A stretch of DNA of 64,000 bases from Geosiphon pyriformis uo1 (lineage: Eukaryota; Fungi; Glomeromycota): contig JAAOMT010000295.1 in the NCBI GenBank assembly GCA_016748015.1, forward strand, positions 1,178,001 through 1,242,000, written 5' to 3'. Positions 13,415 to 25,022 of this stretch are shown piece by piece. The position numbers and the translations under genes are program-made. Within the stretch, counting starts at the first letter, position 1. Every line of letters begins with the position of its first letter. Below the pieces are notes generated by a model that made no database searches, was not told the origin of the DNA, and worked only from the letters and a program-made list of their open reading frames with translations.

Positions 13415-16400
13415 CTACACACCTATAATGACACTAACAACACCACCCAAACCAGAAAAAAAACAGCACAGCAAACAACGACCAAAGCTAATAGCAAATG
13501 AATTAACCATACCAAGCATTCTAACCACTTCACCCGACAATATAGAAGAAACATCACAAGACAAAACAGAAACAACTCCACCATTAGCAACCAAATCAGC
13601 CTTTTCTATCTTCACCCTGTGCTCAAACCTCACCAACTATGCCCTCACATGATGTAAATCAGCTATAAACCTAACAAAATTGACAACCTCACCAATGGCC
13701 TGCTTCTTATCATCAAATACACCCCAAGTCTCTTTGCACCATTCATTCAGCACAAAGCCTTTGCACACAATAGAATACAAACCAACATCCAAAGAACAGG
13801 CAAACAATGTCTGCAAAACAGCTGAAGATGACGAGTCACAAAGACCCGTCACCAAAACCCAATAAACAGAAGCCTTAACCAGAACCTCATCACAAATAAC
13901 AACATCCCAAGAGCATGTAAAGACATGGTTAGAAAATTCCACTTCACCACACAGCAGACACAATACGCCAGGATAACCTTTATCATACAGTCTTTTCCAA
14001 ACAGCTACTGGAAGACGTCTGTGCACAGTCTTCATCAAATATGAGCACAAGTTCAAAGTTTTCCAACTAGTGAATCCAGCAAGCATATGAGAGTCCAGAT
14101 GCCAAACCTTTGCAGTAGAAATCCAGTCTACACATCCAATTAAGTCAACAGATATCACACCCACACCAGGCCCAGCCTTCCAGTGAGCACGATTAATAGA
14201 TTGGAAAATGTTCCTTACAAAGTGGCAGGCATTGCTAGAAATTGCTGTGTTATCAGCCACCAAATAATGTTTATGAACCCTTGTCAACAAAAAGAAGGGA
14301 GATCGAGCAGCTTTTCCAGCTGCCAAATCAGTCTTGACATTACCTGAAATGCCAGAATGGCCCTTAACCTTAACCCAAACCACCTCGAGATCTTTTTCCC
14401 TAACCAAATTGAAAATATGGCATCTCTTCAACCAGCACCGATTACGAAAATCAGGCATGGTACAAGACAACTTCGACAAGCAGACATCAATAGCAGCTTG
14501 GCTATCAGTATGCAAAATCACCTGACAAGAGGAAAGTACACACTCAAGAGCCAATGCAACAGCCTACAACTTAGCCAGAATAGAGGATAATAGACCACCA
14601 ACTACAACACCAACACTCTTATCCAAAACTGGAAAATATGCAGCAGCACCACAAGCAACATCAACTGAGCCAGCATTTCTCAAAGATCCATTAGTATATA
14701 CCTCAAAGCAACCAGACCAGATATCATGCAACCCATCTTTTACCAGAGAAAACACATCAGAATCTAAAATGTTTATATCAACAGACTGAGCAAAACCAGC
14801 AGAACTGGAAGCAAAAAAGTCCTGAACCAACATAAACTCAGACACAATTGAGAACCAGCATGGCACGAAACCCTGTGGGTCCAACCTCTTCTAATGATGA
14901 AAGGTCTTCCAATCTAGCACATGGCTCTTCTTATTCCAAAAGCAACTTCAAAACACTTCAGAGAGTGAACAGAATTAAAATACCCAGAATTACCAAAAAT
15001 TGACGAAAGTGGAAAACAACTTGAACTGCGAAAGGCATTGAGAAAGTTGTTAGCCAAAGAAAGCTCATTACTCAAAAAAATCTTCACAATCCCAGCCAAA
15101 AAGTTGTTGACTGGACTAACACGCAGCTTGACAAGAAACTACAAAGAATTCAGAGGAGCCCAACTAAGAACCTGCAAGTCTAAAAATCTATAATTAAACA
15201 AATGCCCAAGGACTCCAGAGGCATTAGAAAAGGACACCAAAGCAGCAATCTTCTCTTCAGATTGCACCTGTTCAAAAGTTTTCAAGTCATATAAAGAAGG
15301 ATGATGTAAGGCAGCATCCAGAAAATCACGAGGCAAACCAGCTTTGGACTTAAGACTCTTCCTAACCATAACATCCTATTTGTGACAAATACCAGACAAA
15401 ACAAAACTAAATTGAGTCCAGTAACTAACAATAGACTGCAAGACAGCCAAGACCAAATACGAGAACTGTTTATCTATAATAGCCTTTTTGAGCATAACGT
15501 TAACAAAAAAACAAACATCAGAATAAGCTTTGGACACATTAGGTTTAGACAAACCCTCTGTAGACAAGAAGATACCCAGATAACAATGAGCTTTGTCCTT
15601 TTTAGCAATTGAGATTGACTGACCACAAATACTCAGAAAGGCAATTCTAACACTCTGGTTAATAGAAATAGCCACTATCTTATTATTATTAATAAAAATA
15701 TCATTGATTTCAAAGAACTCACTGGCAATGTTCAGAGTGTACTGAGTGGAGGCCTGACAATTTCCAATCCAAATTGTATCGTCGACAAACACACCAGCAG
15801 CCAAGTAAGATGTCATCCCACCCACACTCTCAACTTTGCCTGTCTTTGCAACAAACTTAAAATCAACATGGTATTCACACAAATGCTCGTGTCTTTTCAC
15901 TTCACATAAGAGTAGATCATAGAAAATTCTCCATAAGAGAGGCAAAAAAACTTCACCCTAGTCCAATCTATCATGTACACTATAGCCATCTGACAAGCTG
16001 AAATCAGTTATCACTCTGTTAACCCTATCCTTGTGAATGTTTTCAAAAAATCTAATAAACCTCTCACACATTTTGATGCACCACAAACTAGCTTTCAAGT
16101 AAGGCCAACTAACAGAATCATATGCCTTCCACATATCCTGCAAAACCAACCAAATTTCCCTATTTTTTTTAAGAGCATTCTTCACAATTGAACCAACCGC
16201 AAACACTGGAGATTGCGTAGAAGTACCTCAGAGCACCAAAAAATTATCACCCTAGAGAACACCAAACTTACTACAAGCCAAAAAGATGCGATCAGACAAA
16301 ATCTTTCTGGCAGTCTCAATCAAAGCAATAGGTCGAGTGTTTGTAAGAACTCCATCTTAATCATAAGGCTTTGGAATCATTGAGACCTACACCCTTTTCC

Positions 16401-18081
16401 AAAAAGCAGGCACCATGCCAACAGATAAGCACACATTCAGCAACACCAAAAGGCATTCCAACACTTTACCACAACCATGTTTTTAAAGTTCATTGGGAAT
16501 GCCAGACAAGCTAGCAGCTTTGCCATCAAGAAAACCATTAGTAACCAAAAGTAATTTACTCATGCTAATCACACACATTATATTAGAAAAGGCATCATTC
16601 CTAACATAGTTCAAAAGTGCATACTAATGAGCCCAGAGATCAAGTAGCACTGTAGGCATTACACACTTCTGTGTCTAACCCTCCATGATCTTGTTAACAC
16701 TTGACCTGACCTTCTCCGGCTCCAATATCAACTTATCATCAACCACCAAGTGATCCAACACCACCTTTTGAAATGGCCAATCCAGAACACTCCTAATTAT
16801 ACTTCTCTTGTCCAAGCAAAATCATTCTATATGCTTCTCAATAGCCTTTCTGATAGTAGCCTCTTGCAACAACTTTGACTCAAAAATCTTGGATTTTCTG
16901 TACTCCTTTCTGACAAGTGACAAATAACTAATAAGGTCTTCTACTTTTTGGCCACCACAAACCATGTCCTCCAGAACAAGAGCTTTACCAGCATCCAGAG
17001 CCGACTATTTCTTCATGAATTGATTGAAATCAGACATATCAGCAGAGGTCAGGCATTTGACTATCTTGGCAACCAGCAACTTCAAACCCAGGAACTTAGA
17101 AGAATGTTCATTTTTCAAGCACTGAAAATCACAGAACCAATGTCTGGAAAATATTTCATCCACAGAATCCACCACCACTTTTTCCAGCAAAAACCACATA
17201 GCATCCAAATCAAGACCAACAGCAGTGCCAAAAAATCTTCTCTTTACCTTCAACATCTTAGCAGAGGAACATTTCCTAAAATGGGACCACCCAGCACTAT
17301 CAGTATTCTTGATCCTGAACTTTCAACAATCTTTGTTGGTCTGCTTATGCAAACCATTCAGCCAAACATCTAAGAGCCCACCCAGGCCAACTGAAACCAT
17401 GACAGATTTGTGATCTGTATTGAAGAAATCAGAAACAGAATTAACACAATGCTTTGCAACAGCAGAAGATAGAGTCCCACTAACAAGAATAAAATCAATT
17501 GTCTTTTCCACTCTCCTAGAATTGCTTTATGTAGCTGTTTTGACCAAAGAGTGTCCAGCAAAAGAATTGACTAAACCCAAACCCAAACAGAACTTAAAAC
17601 TTGCACTCCTCCCAGAGTCATTCTTGTTGAAATTGCCACCCAGAACAACAAAAGTGCTGGAGTTAACAGCCTTAACAATAAGAGAATTCACTGCAGGAGC
17701 CTGAGCAAACCTAGTCCCAGGAGAAACACCAGCATACAAATCCAGAATTGTAACCGAAAGCTTGTCTTTAAACAAAAGCCAAATCAAAATCAAATGACCA
17801 GAAACTTCCTTAACCCTAGAAACATGGCAAGCCAAAGAGTTGTCCATAATCACAGCAATACCAGCACCAAGATAACCAATATCCAACCCAGAAGTAAAAA
17901 TCTGAATCCCATCAAATTTGTCCTTGATCTATGATCCAGAAGAAGACTTCAATTTCGTTTTAGCAACAAAAAAAACCATATTCCCAGAATTCACATGCCA
18001 ATGGACAATGTCTGTCTGTTTTGCAGGGACATTGATACCTCAGACATTGCATGTAACAAATTTCCAAATCAAACCACTCAT
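13415..18081 (-). pseudogene. LINE-b ORF2: APE endonuclease - RT - RNase H - CCHC (~1550 codons, disrupted)
   Basis: APE motifs MSGLIWKFVTCNV*GIN, LGGNFN, IDFILVS, TDHK; RT motifs LQDMWKAYDSV, GVFVDDTIW, YLGIFL; RNase H motifs VYTNGSL, HTDSQA, WVKVKGHSGISGN; CCHC motif CLLCGEVEFSNHVFTC. Confidence 0.9.
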
Positions 18082-19945
18082 TGGGATGACGAAAGTAGGG
18101 ACAAACCTGAACCAGAACACAAAAGATCTAATCTCACCATGATCGAACTGAACGAAGCCTTCAGAGCAGACATTTTAGACTCCAAACTGTCCAACTTGGA
18201 AGTAAGAACTTTTGAACCACTCGAACTAAGACCATCCGCAGATCCACCACCACTTGAAAAGGGAGGAGTAGGTGAAGCCAACATACCATCCAGAGCCATA
18301 TCCGAATCCACAACCGGAGCTGAAGGCACAGAAACAGCCAAAAAAAAAGCACAAGATGGAGATGCTAATGGCACCAGTTCAACAAAACTCAATTTTTTAA
18401 GAATAACAGAAACTTGATCTGCTAGAATTTCCAAAGAGTGCTTCAAAACTGCCAAATGCTTACTCAATTCATTGACTTGAGAACTGGAAGAACCCAAAGA
18501 GAGAGATGGACCACCAGAGAGCAAACCAGAACTAAAAGGGGAGCTATCAGAAGAGGAGTCAAGAGACACTACTTGAGCCCATGATTTGCCACCAAAGGCA
18601 GCAGGGCAAAAGATTGGGACTTTTTTTTTCGTGTACAACTTGGCCAACCAAAAATGATCAAAACCAGAAGCAGGCTTTTTGAGTAATTTTGAGAGCTCAG
18701 AAAACAATGCAACCAATATATTACACTTCAGAGTTGAATGGCCAAAATACTCACACTTCCTATATTTAACCAAATTCAATCTGGCCCATAAGAGTCGCAC
18801 ACCACAAAAATAGGCTTAGTATGAAAGGCAGTATCCAAATCCTTCTTAGATTCAAAGCCAACCACAGCACAATGAACCCTATTGCCAGTGTCCAAAGATT
18901 GATTAATGATGCAGGTTTTCCCACCAGCCCTATCCAAAAGAGTACCAAGATCATGCACAGTTGTTCCCATTGGCAAGATAAACAGAAGCATCCTGAATTG
19001 GTCCCTAGAAGCCCAAGTTCCACAATCCCCCATGGCCATAGCCACATGAACCGAGTCTTTCCCAATTAGGAATGACCATCTTGAAGCCAACTGTGCAGCT
19101 TGATCAGAATCGGCGAATTCCACCACAGCCTTTTGCCATAAACTGATTAGTTAAATTTTGATTGATTTAATTTCGCCAAATTCAGCTACTGCAATGATGA
19201 TCATATCCTTAGGCGTGTCCATGGGAATTTCCTTGATCACCACAGCCCAATTTGAATGAATTCCTTGTTCCTTAAGATTGCTGTTTACGTTGATCTCATT
19301 TTTACTAGCCAATAAAACAGCCTTTTTTATGCTTTTCTCTGATGTAAACGTTGATCTGATGATCTCTTCAAATTTTAAGGGAGTAGTGGCCCCCCCAAAA
19401 CCATTGATTTTTGAAAAAATTTTTCTGATGAATTGAGTTTTTTGTGTAGCTGATTTCCCTTCCACAGCCAAAAGATTGATGTTTAAAACAAATGATTTCT
19501 TAACCGACATCTCTACAGGAGTTTTGATAATCTTGAGATCAATCCAAATCTTATCCAAAGGAACTTTTTTCTTAAAGGGAGGCAAAAGGGGCTTCACTTC
19601 TTCATCCATTTCAAAGTCAGAAGAACCAATAGAAGAACTGAAATTCGCACTAGTATTCACTCGTTTAGACTTGGAAGTATTAACAGCTGAGTCCAAGAGA
19701 GAACCATCAAAACCACCAGATATACTAACATCTTCATCATCACCAGATAGGCTCTCTATATTAGAATATACACTAGCATTAGAACCAGACTTCAAAAAAA
19801 TATCCTTTTTATTACCAGAGTGTTTAATATTTCCAATAGAAGCTTTCTTTCTTTGTGAAAAAAAACCACCAGCAGGACCATGAAACACACCCTTAGGAGC
19901 CTTCTTATTAGACATGCTGCCACTAGAGACAGCTTCCAAATCCAT
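18078..19945 (-). pseudogene. LINE-b ORF1: two RRM-like domains, CCHC knuckle, C-terminal coiled-coil (disrupted)
   Basis: RRM-like segments AVVIKEIPMDT...FGEIKSIKI...KAVVEF and LLFILPMGTT...CAVVGF; knuckle xxxCEYFGHSTLKC (CKKCRCFGYSALKC in LINE-c); stop TGA overlaps the ORF2 ATG. The start could be the downstream MSNKK. Confidence 0.8.
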
Positions 19946-22900
19946 GACGAAAGAATTGTTAGCTAAAAAAATGTTGATATATTATTAACAAGAAAAAACC
20001 AAAAAACTTCTTTTCTCAGAAAAGTGCTTGTTGGAGTTTTTTAGAGGTAAGAGAGAAAAAAAAAATTTTAAACTATACTTAATATAAAATTTTGTATGAT
20101 TATATATTTTTAGGTAATAATTAGACTATACTTGTAAAATAATAATAATAAAAATAACCAATAATAAAAAAAATATAATAATTAGTAATTAGTTTAATTA
20201 CAACCAAAAAATACAATTTAACTATTAATTTAAATTAAATACAAAATTTTAATAATTAAAAAATACAAATAAAAATTAATAATTATTGTATGTAATTTTT
20301 TTTTTATTAATATTTAGCAAGTGAGGCCCAAATGTCATCTAGCACAATACATTAAACAAAGTGATTTAAACTAGGTGCAAATAATGTACTTTCTACATGT
20401 GACCAACTATTTAGACTGATCAGAGCAATACTATAAATCTATTTTAACAGATATTGTATTATTAATATCAGAAAAAAAACAACAGAACTTACAAAAGCCA
20501 AAGTTAACATCAAGTGCTTTAGCAACTCCAAGCAACTTAACAATCCCAACAGAAAACAAAAAAAACAAACCATGAACCTTAGACAACAACAAATTATTAC
20601 ACAAAATCAGGCCCCTTTTTTCCATAAACATTCTATACTTGGCTTAAACCAATCATATATTAGTACAGTAAGTTGTTGTCAGATCCCAAACAAATCTTAT
20701 AGCACTTTTACTGGCAATTTTAACATTATTATAAATAGAAAGAGCCTTCACAAACCAATCTTTAAACAAAAAACTCTTATACAAAGTGATATAAACAATA
20801 TTATTAGAAGCACACATAAAAAGCATTTGTAAAATTCAAACCAAGACCAAACCCAAATCCAACAAGATTCTCTACTAAGCCAAATGAGATCTAAATAGAT
20901 CTTCGTAAATCTCAGCATCAAATATGCACACAAAAAAATGATTAGAATTTTTCACATTTCTATAATGAAAACACAAGACACTAAGATATTTTCTATTATA
21001 AAAATGTTTTTGAATAGTGACCAGCAAATAATAGTGCAAAGCTTTTATAAAATATGAATACAAACCAGCTATAGACTTATTTGTGTAGCCAGTAGCCATG
21101 TGTGAATCAAAGTGCCATACTGAAACAGTACAAATCCAATTCATATTACCAACCATGTCTTTGTTAATAATATTAGAGTCAGGTCCAACCTCTCAACATG
21201 TATAATAAACTGCTTTGAAAATTTTATAAGCAAAATGATAAATGTTTTCAAATACTGCCATCCTACCAGCCTTAATGAATCTAATCTTGATCAGAACAGA
21301 AAGCACAAAATTCAAACCAATAGCCAAACTAGTCAACTCATCAGCATGCTTATTATCCAAAACACTTAAATATTTCTTAACCTTGTATTAAGAAACCTTG
21401 AGTCTTTTATTTCTAATAGACAATATTACACCATACTATTCTATCTAACAACAATTGTAAAAGTCTGGCAAAGCCAAAACCAACTCAGCAGCACAAGCAT
21501 CCAGGACAGTCTAACTGTCTAAATATACTACAACAAAACTACCAGAAAGAACACACTCCAAAGCCAGAACAATTGTCTGTAATTCTGCCATCATAGAAGA
21601 CATCAACTCATCAACTTCAATGCCAATATCTAAACCCAAATCCAAATTAAAAAAATATGCAGCCACATCACAACTTATTTCATGTGTACCTAAATTCCTT
21701 AAGAATTCATCCATATAGACACTAATAATATTCAGACCAATAGTAAAAAGACACTGTTTCAACTCAGAAACACTATCAAAATTACAAATATCCAGAAACT
21801 GAAAGCCAACAGCAAGTAAACCAGTAAAAAGTGAAGACCTGACCAAAAAATTACATGCCAAAATGAACCAATGAGAAATTGGGCCTCTTGGATTAAGTTT
21901 TTTTCAATAATAAAAGCTCTTTCAATCAAAGATTAAACCCTTTTTATTGTACAACTGGTCAATAAAAGTGACCTCAAACCTTTTGAGTAAGCATAACATA
22001 TCATAAAACATAGAATCTTCCAGAACAGAAGACATTAAAATGTCACCAAAAAAATGAAAAGCAGACAGAAAAAAATTGTTAAAAGACATATTACAATTCA
22101 GAAACAGGCTAACTATACCAGCCAAAAAATTATCAATCAGACTCACACATAACTTTACAGGATAACACAAAAGGTGAATGGATAACCAATTCAAAACTTA
22201 TAAGTCCAAAGATCTATAATTAAACAAACAACCAATAAGCCCACCAGCATTTAAGATGTATAACACAGAAGCCATTTTGCATTTAGTCTATAATTGCTCA
22301 AATAATTTTAAGCCATACAATAAAAAATAGTAAAGAGTCTTATTGAAAAAATCTTTTGGCAGATTAGTTTTCAATTTCAAATTCTTTTTAATTAGCATAT
22401 CCCACTTAATGCACACATTTTTAGAAATGAAACTAAACTGAGTTCTATAATTGACTATTGGTTACAACACAGCTAAAATCAAATAAAGAAATTGTTTATT
22501 CAAAATAGCTTTTCTCAAAACCAAATTGACAAAAAACCTGATATCTGAGTGAGCCCTCACCAAACTAGGTTTGAACAAACTCTTAAAAAACAAAAAAATA
22601 CCAAGGTATTTATAATACTCCTTCTTATAAGCAACAGAAATCAGCAAACCACTTATCAACAAAGAAGCATCCTTAACTCTTTAATTAATAAGAATGGCAA
22701 CCATCTTTTTGTTATTGATTAAAATGTTATTAACCTTAAAAAAGCTGTTCACAACATCCAAAATATACTAAGTGGCTGCCTAACTGCTTTCAACCCAAAT
22801 CATGTTATCAACAAAGACATTAGCTATAAAAAAAAAAGTCATTCTACTTTGAGTCTCCAGTTTGTTTGTTTTGGCAACAAATTTAATATTAATATATTAG

Positions 22901-23214
22901 TCACACAAGCTATTTTGTCATTTAATTTCACACAATAAGAGATCATAAAAAATTTTCTAGAGTAAAAAAGAGAAAACTTTGTTCTGGTTTAGGCTATTAT
23001 GTACATAATATTTCTTTGTTAAATCATAGTTAATCATGACCCAATTGACCTTATCATCATAAATGTTTTTAAAGAACTGAATGAACTGCTTACACATTTT
23101 GACCTAAATCAAACTATTTCTCAAATATTGCCATCCCATTGAATTATAAGCTTTTTGCATATTCTATAAGACCAACCAAAGTTTTTGGCTCTTTTCCAAA
23201 GCATTTTCAACCAT

Positions 23215-24209
23215 TGTTACTGAAGCTTTTTGGTCTCTTCTTAACTCTTGTATGTTTGTTGTAATGCTGTTAATTCACGACTATGGGAAGTGTTTGAATC
23301 TCTGATAACTGAATTTTTATCTTCAAATTATCTTTTATAATTTGAACTGCTGGGCTTATAAGTGAAATGGCCAATTCTGTGCCAGTTGCTTTGTGTAGTT
23401 ACATTGTAGTAAATGTCAACTCTTTCTCAGAAATTGCTCGTCTGAAAGCTCACTAAAAATGTGTAGTTACTTTGCTGTGAAAGTCAACTCTTCTACAGGA
23501 ATCTTGTCTGTAGGTTACTCTAATGATTATGATAAAAAAATAAAAGAAAAATAAAAGAAATATAAAAGAAATATAAAAGAAAATTGAATTCTGTTAAGGA
23601 AATTGTTTTTAATCCAGGCCTGAAGTCACTAACAGTTTATTGAAATTGGTAGCTAATCAATTTCAAAATGTTAGTTGGGTTTTGAGAATTTTTCAAGTGC
23701 AATAATTTAAAGAATTTGGTTTTTTGAATTATTTGATATTTATTTTGTTTTTGTGTGTAAAAGATGATTCTAATTGTTAAATCTGAAGTAAGATACATTT
23801 TCTCGAAAAGAGAAGCTCTTCTTTTATACAACTTGTTGTAACACTATTCTATGAACTTGAACTTTGCTATTTTCTATAATTTCGCTAAACTAAAGATACA
23901 TTTTGGCAAACTACAAGTTATTTCTGCGAACTATTAGATATTTCAGTGAACTATCAATTATTTTGGCAAATTTCTACAAATTTAGGCGAACTTTTTGAAT
24001 GTTATATAGTTTGGGGTATTGCATGATTGATCATTACAATTAGATTACATTTATGTTATGTGCAAATTGGATTATTAATTAAATAATAATTTTGGACATT
24101 TTGCTAATGTAATAAGTGATAATTTAAAACAATAATATATGCTAATTAATGATAGAGATTATAAAAATAATTTCATGCTAAATAATATCTCTAATTTTGT
24201 TTGGTAACA
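23215..24209 (-). repeat. 3' LTR of G2 (20-bp-period array 23901-24000; TATAAAA ~23822-23828 on minus strand)
   Basis: Direct repeat of 32120-33103; termini TGTTAC...GTAACA. Confidence 0.95.
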
Positions 24210-24897
24210 TAACCTCCTTCTCAAGACTGAGCTCTGTTGAAGTCCAAGTACTGTCTGTAATTTCCAGATAATAATCCAAAATTATTGAAGAAATTTGGTC
24301 TGAAAATTGTTAAAATTTCAGTTCTGTAAGCTTTCCAATGTATTGAATCTTCAAAGGTTGTAAAATTGGGTTTTGTAGGACGTTTTCACAGATATAGAAT
24401 AGGTTATAAAGTCTAAGAACAGCTCTTAGTTTATAATGACTGTTTGTAGGTTCAGTTGTTGTCTTGAATTCATTGTGGAGTTGTTTCTGAATAGCTTTTT
24501 TTGTGAGGTTTGCTGCTGTAAGCTCCTGTTTTCATTCGTAAAGTGTTTTTCCAATGTAGAAATATCTATATATTGAAATATAGTTGTAGTTTTCTTTGTT
24601 AAGACACAGTTGAAGTTTTTGTTGAATAGTAGTATTTGGTGGAATATTAATAGGAGTGAGCATTAAGTTTTCTCTTAAAGCAAGCTTTAAAAGTTCTGGC
24701 AGATGAATTCCAGAATAACTTCTTGTGTTCTTCTTATATGAGTGATATTTTCGTGAATTTGGGACTAAATTTATAACTACTTCTGTTTGGGTATAATTAA
24801 TGTGGTTTTCAGTAATAGTAATAGATAATTCGGATATTGTTTTTAAAGCTAACATTAGTTTTTGGGATAATTGTTGAATGTTTTGAGGAATAATCAT
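24178..24897 (-). pseudogene. G2 accessory ORF3 (two in-frame stops), ends inside U3
   Basis: Single-frame manual translation: MIIPQN...YRYFYIGKTLYE*KQEL...RAVLRLYNLF...IQYIGKLTELKF*QF...TELSLEKEVMLPNKIRDII*. Confidence 0.75.
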
Positions 24898-25022
24898 TAT
24901 AAGAGATTTGAAAATAAAAGAAAATTATTTTTGGTGTATGGGTTTTTTTTATGTTATTTTTGCTTTGTTTTTGTGAGATTGTTTTTAAATTATAAGAAGA
25001 TAACTATAATAATAAATTTAAG

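Larger units (their letters stand above)
13283..20068 (-). mobile_element. LINE-b: full-length, least eroded LINE copy, inserted antisense in the 3' UTR of LINE-a
   Basis: Poly(A) at 13283-13291; 5' terminus AAAT-T(n)-CTCTC at 20068; 9-bp TSD TAAACTATA (13274-13282, 20069-20077); two ORFs. Confidence 0.92.
1..20154 (+). mobile_element. LINE-a: heavily degenerate non-LTR retrotransposon (ORF2 APE-RT-RNaseH-CCHC, 3' UTR, A-rich tail); 5' part outside window; interrupted by solo LTR S1, G1 and LINE-b
   Basis: Colinear with the better preserved LINE-b: ORF1/ORF2 junction ~25, APE N-terminus ~50-300, eroded RT motif AFIDNTIW ~2325-2350, RNase H ~4140-4500. The reading frame LQFSY|VLVNMYKK is restored on removing 2716-3550 and one TSD. 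The 3' UTR is split (13230-13282 and 20078-20154) and matches those of LINE-b/c/d. Confidence 0.85.
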
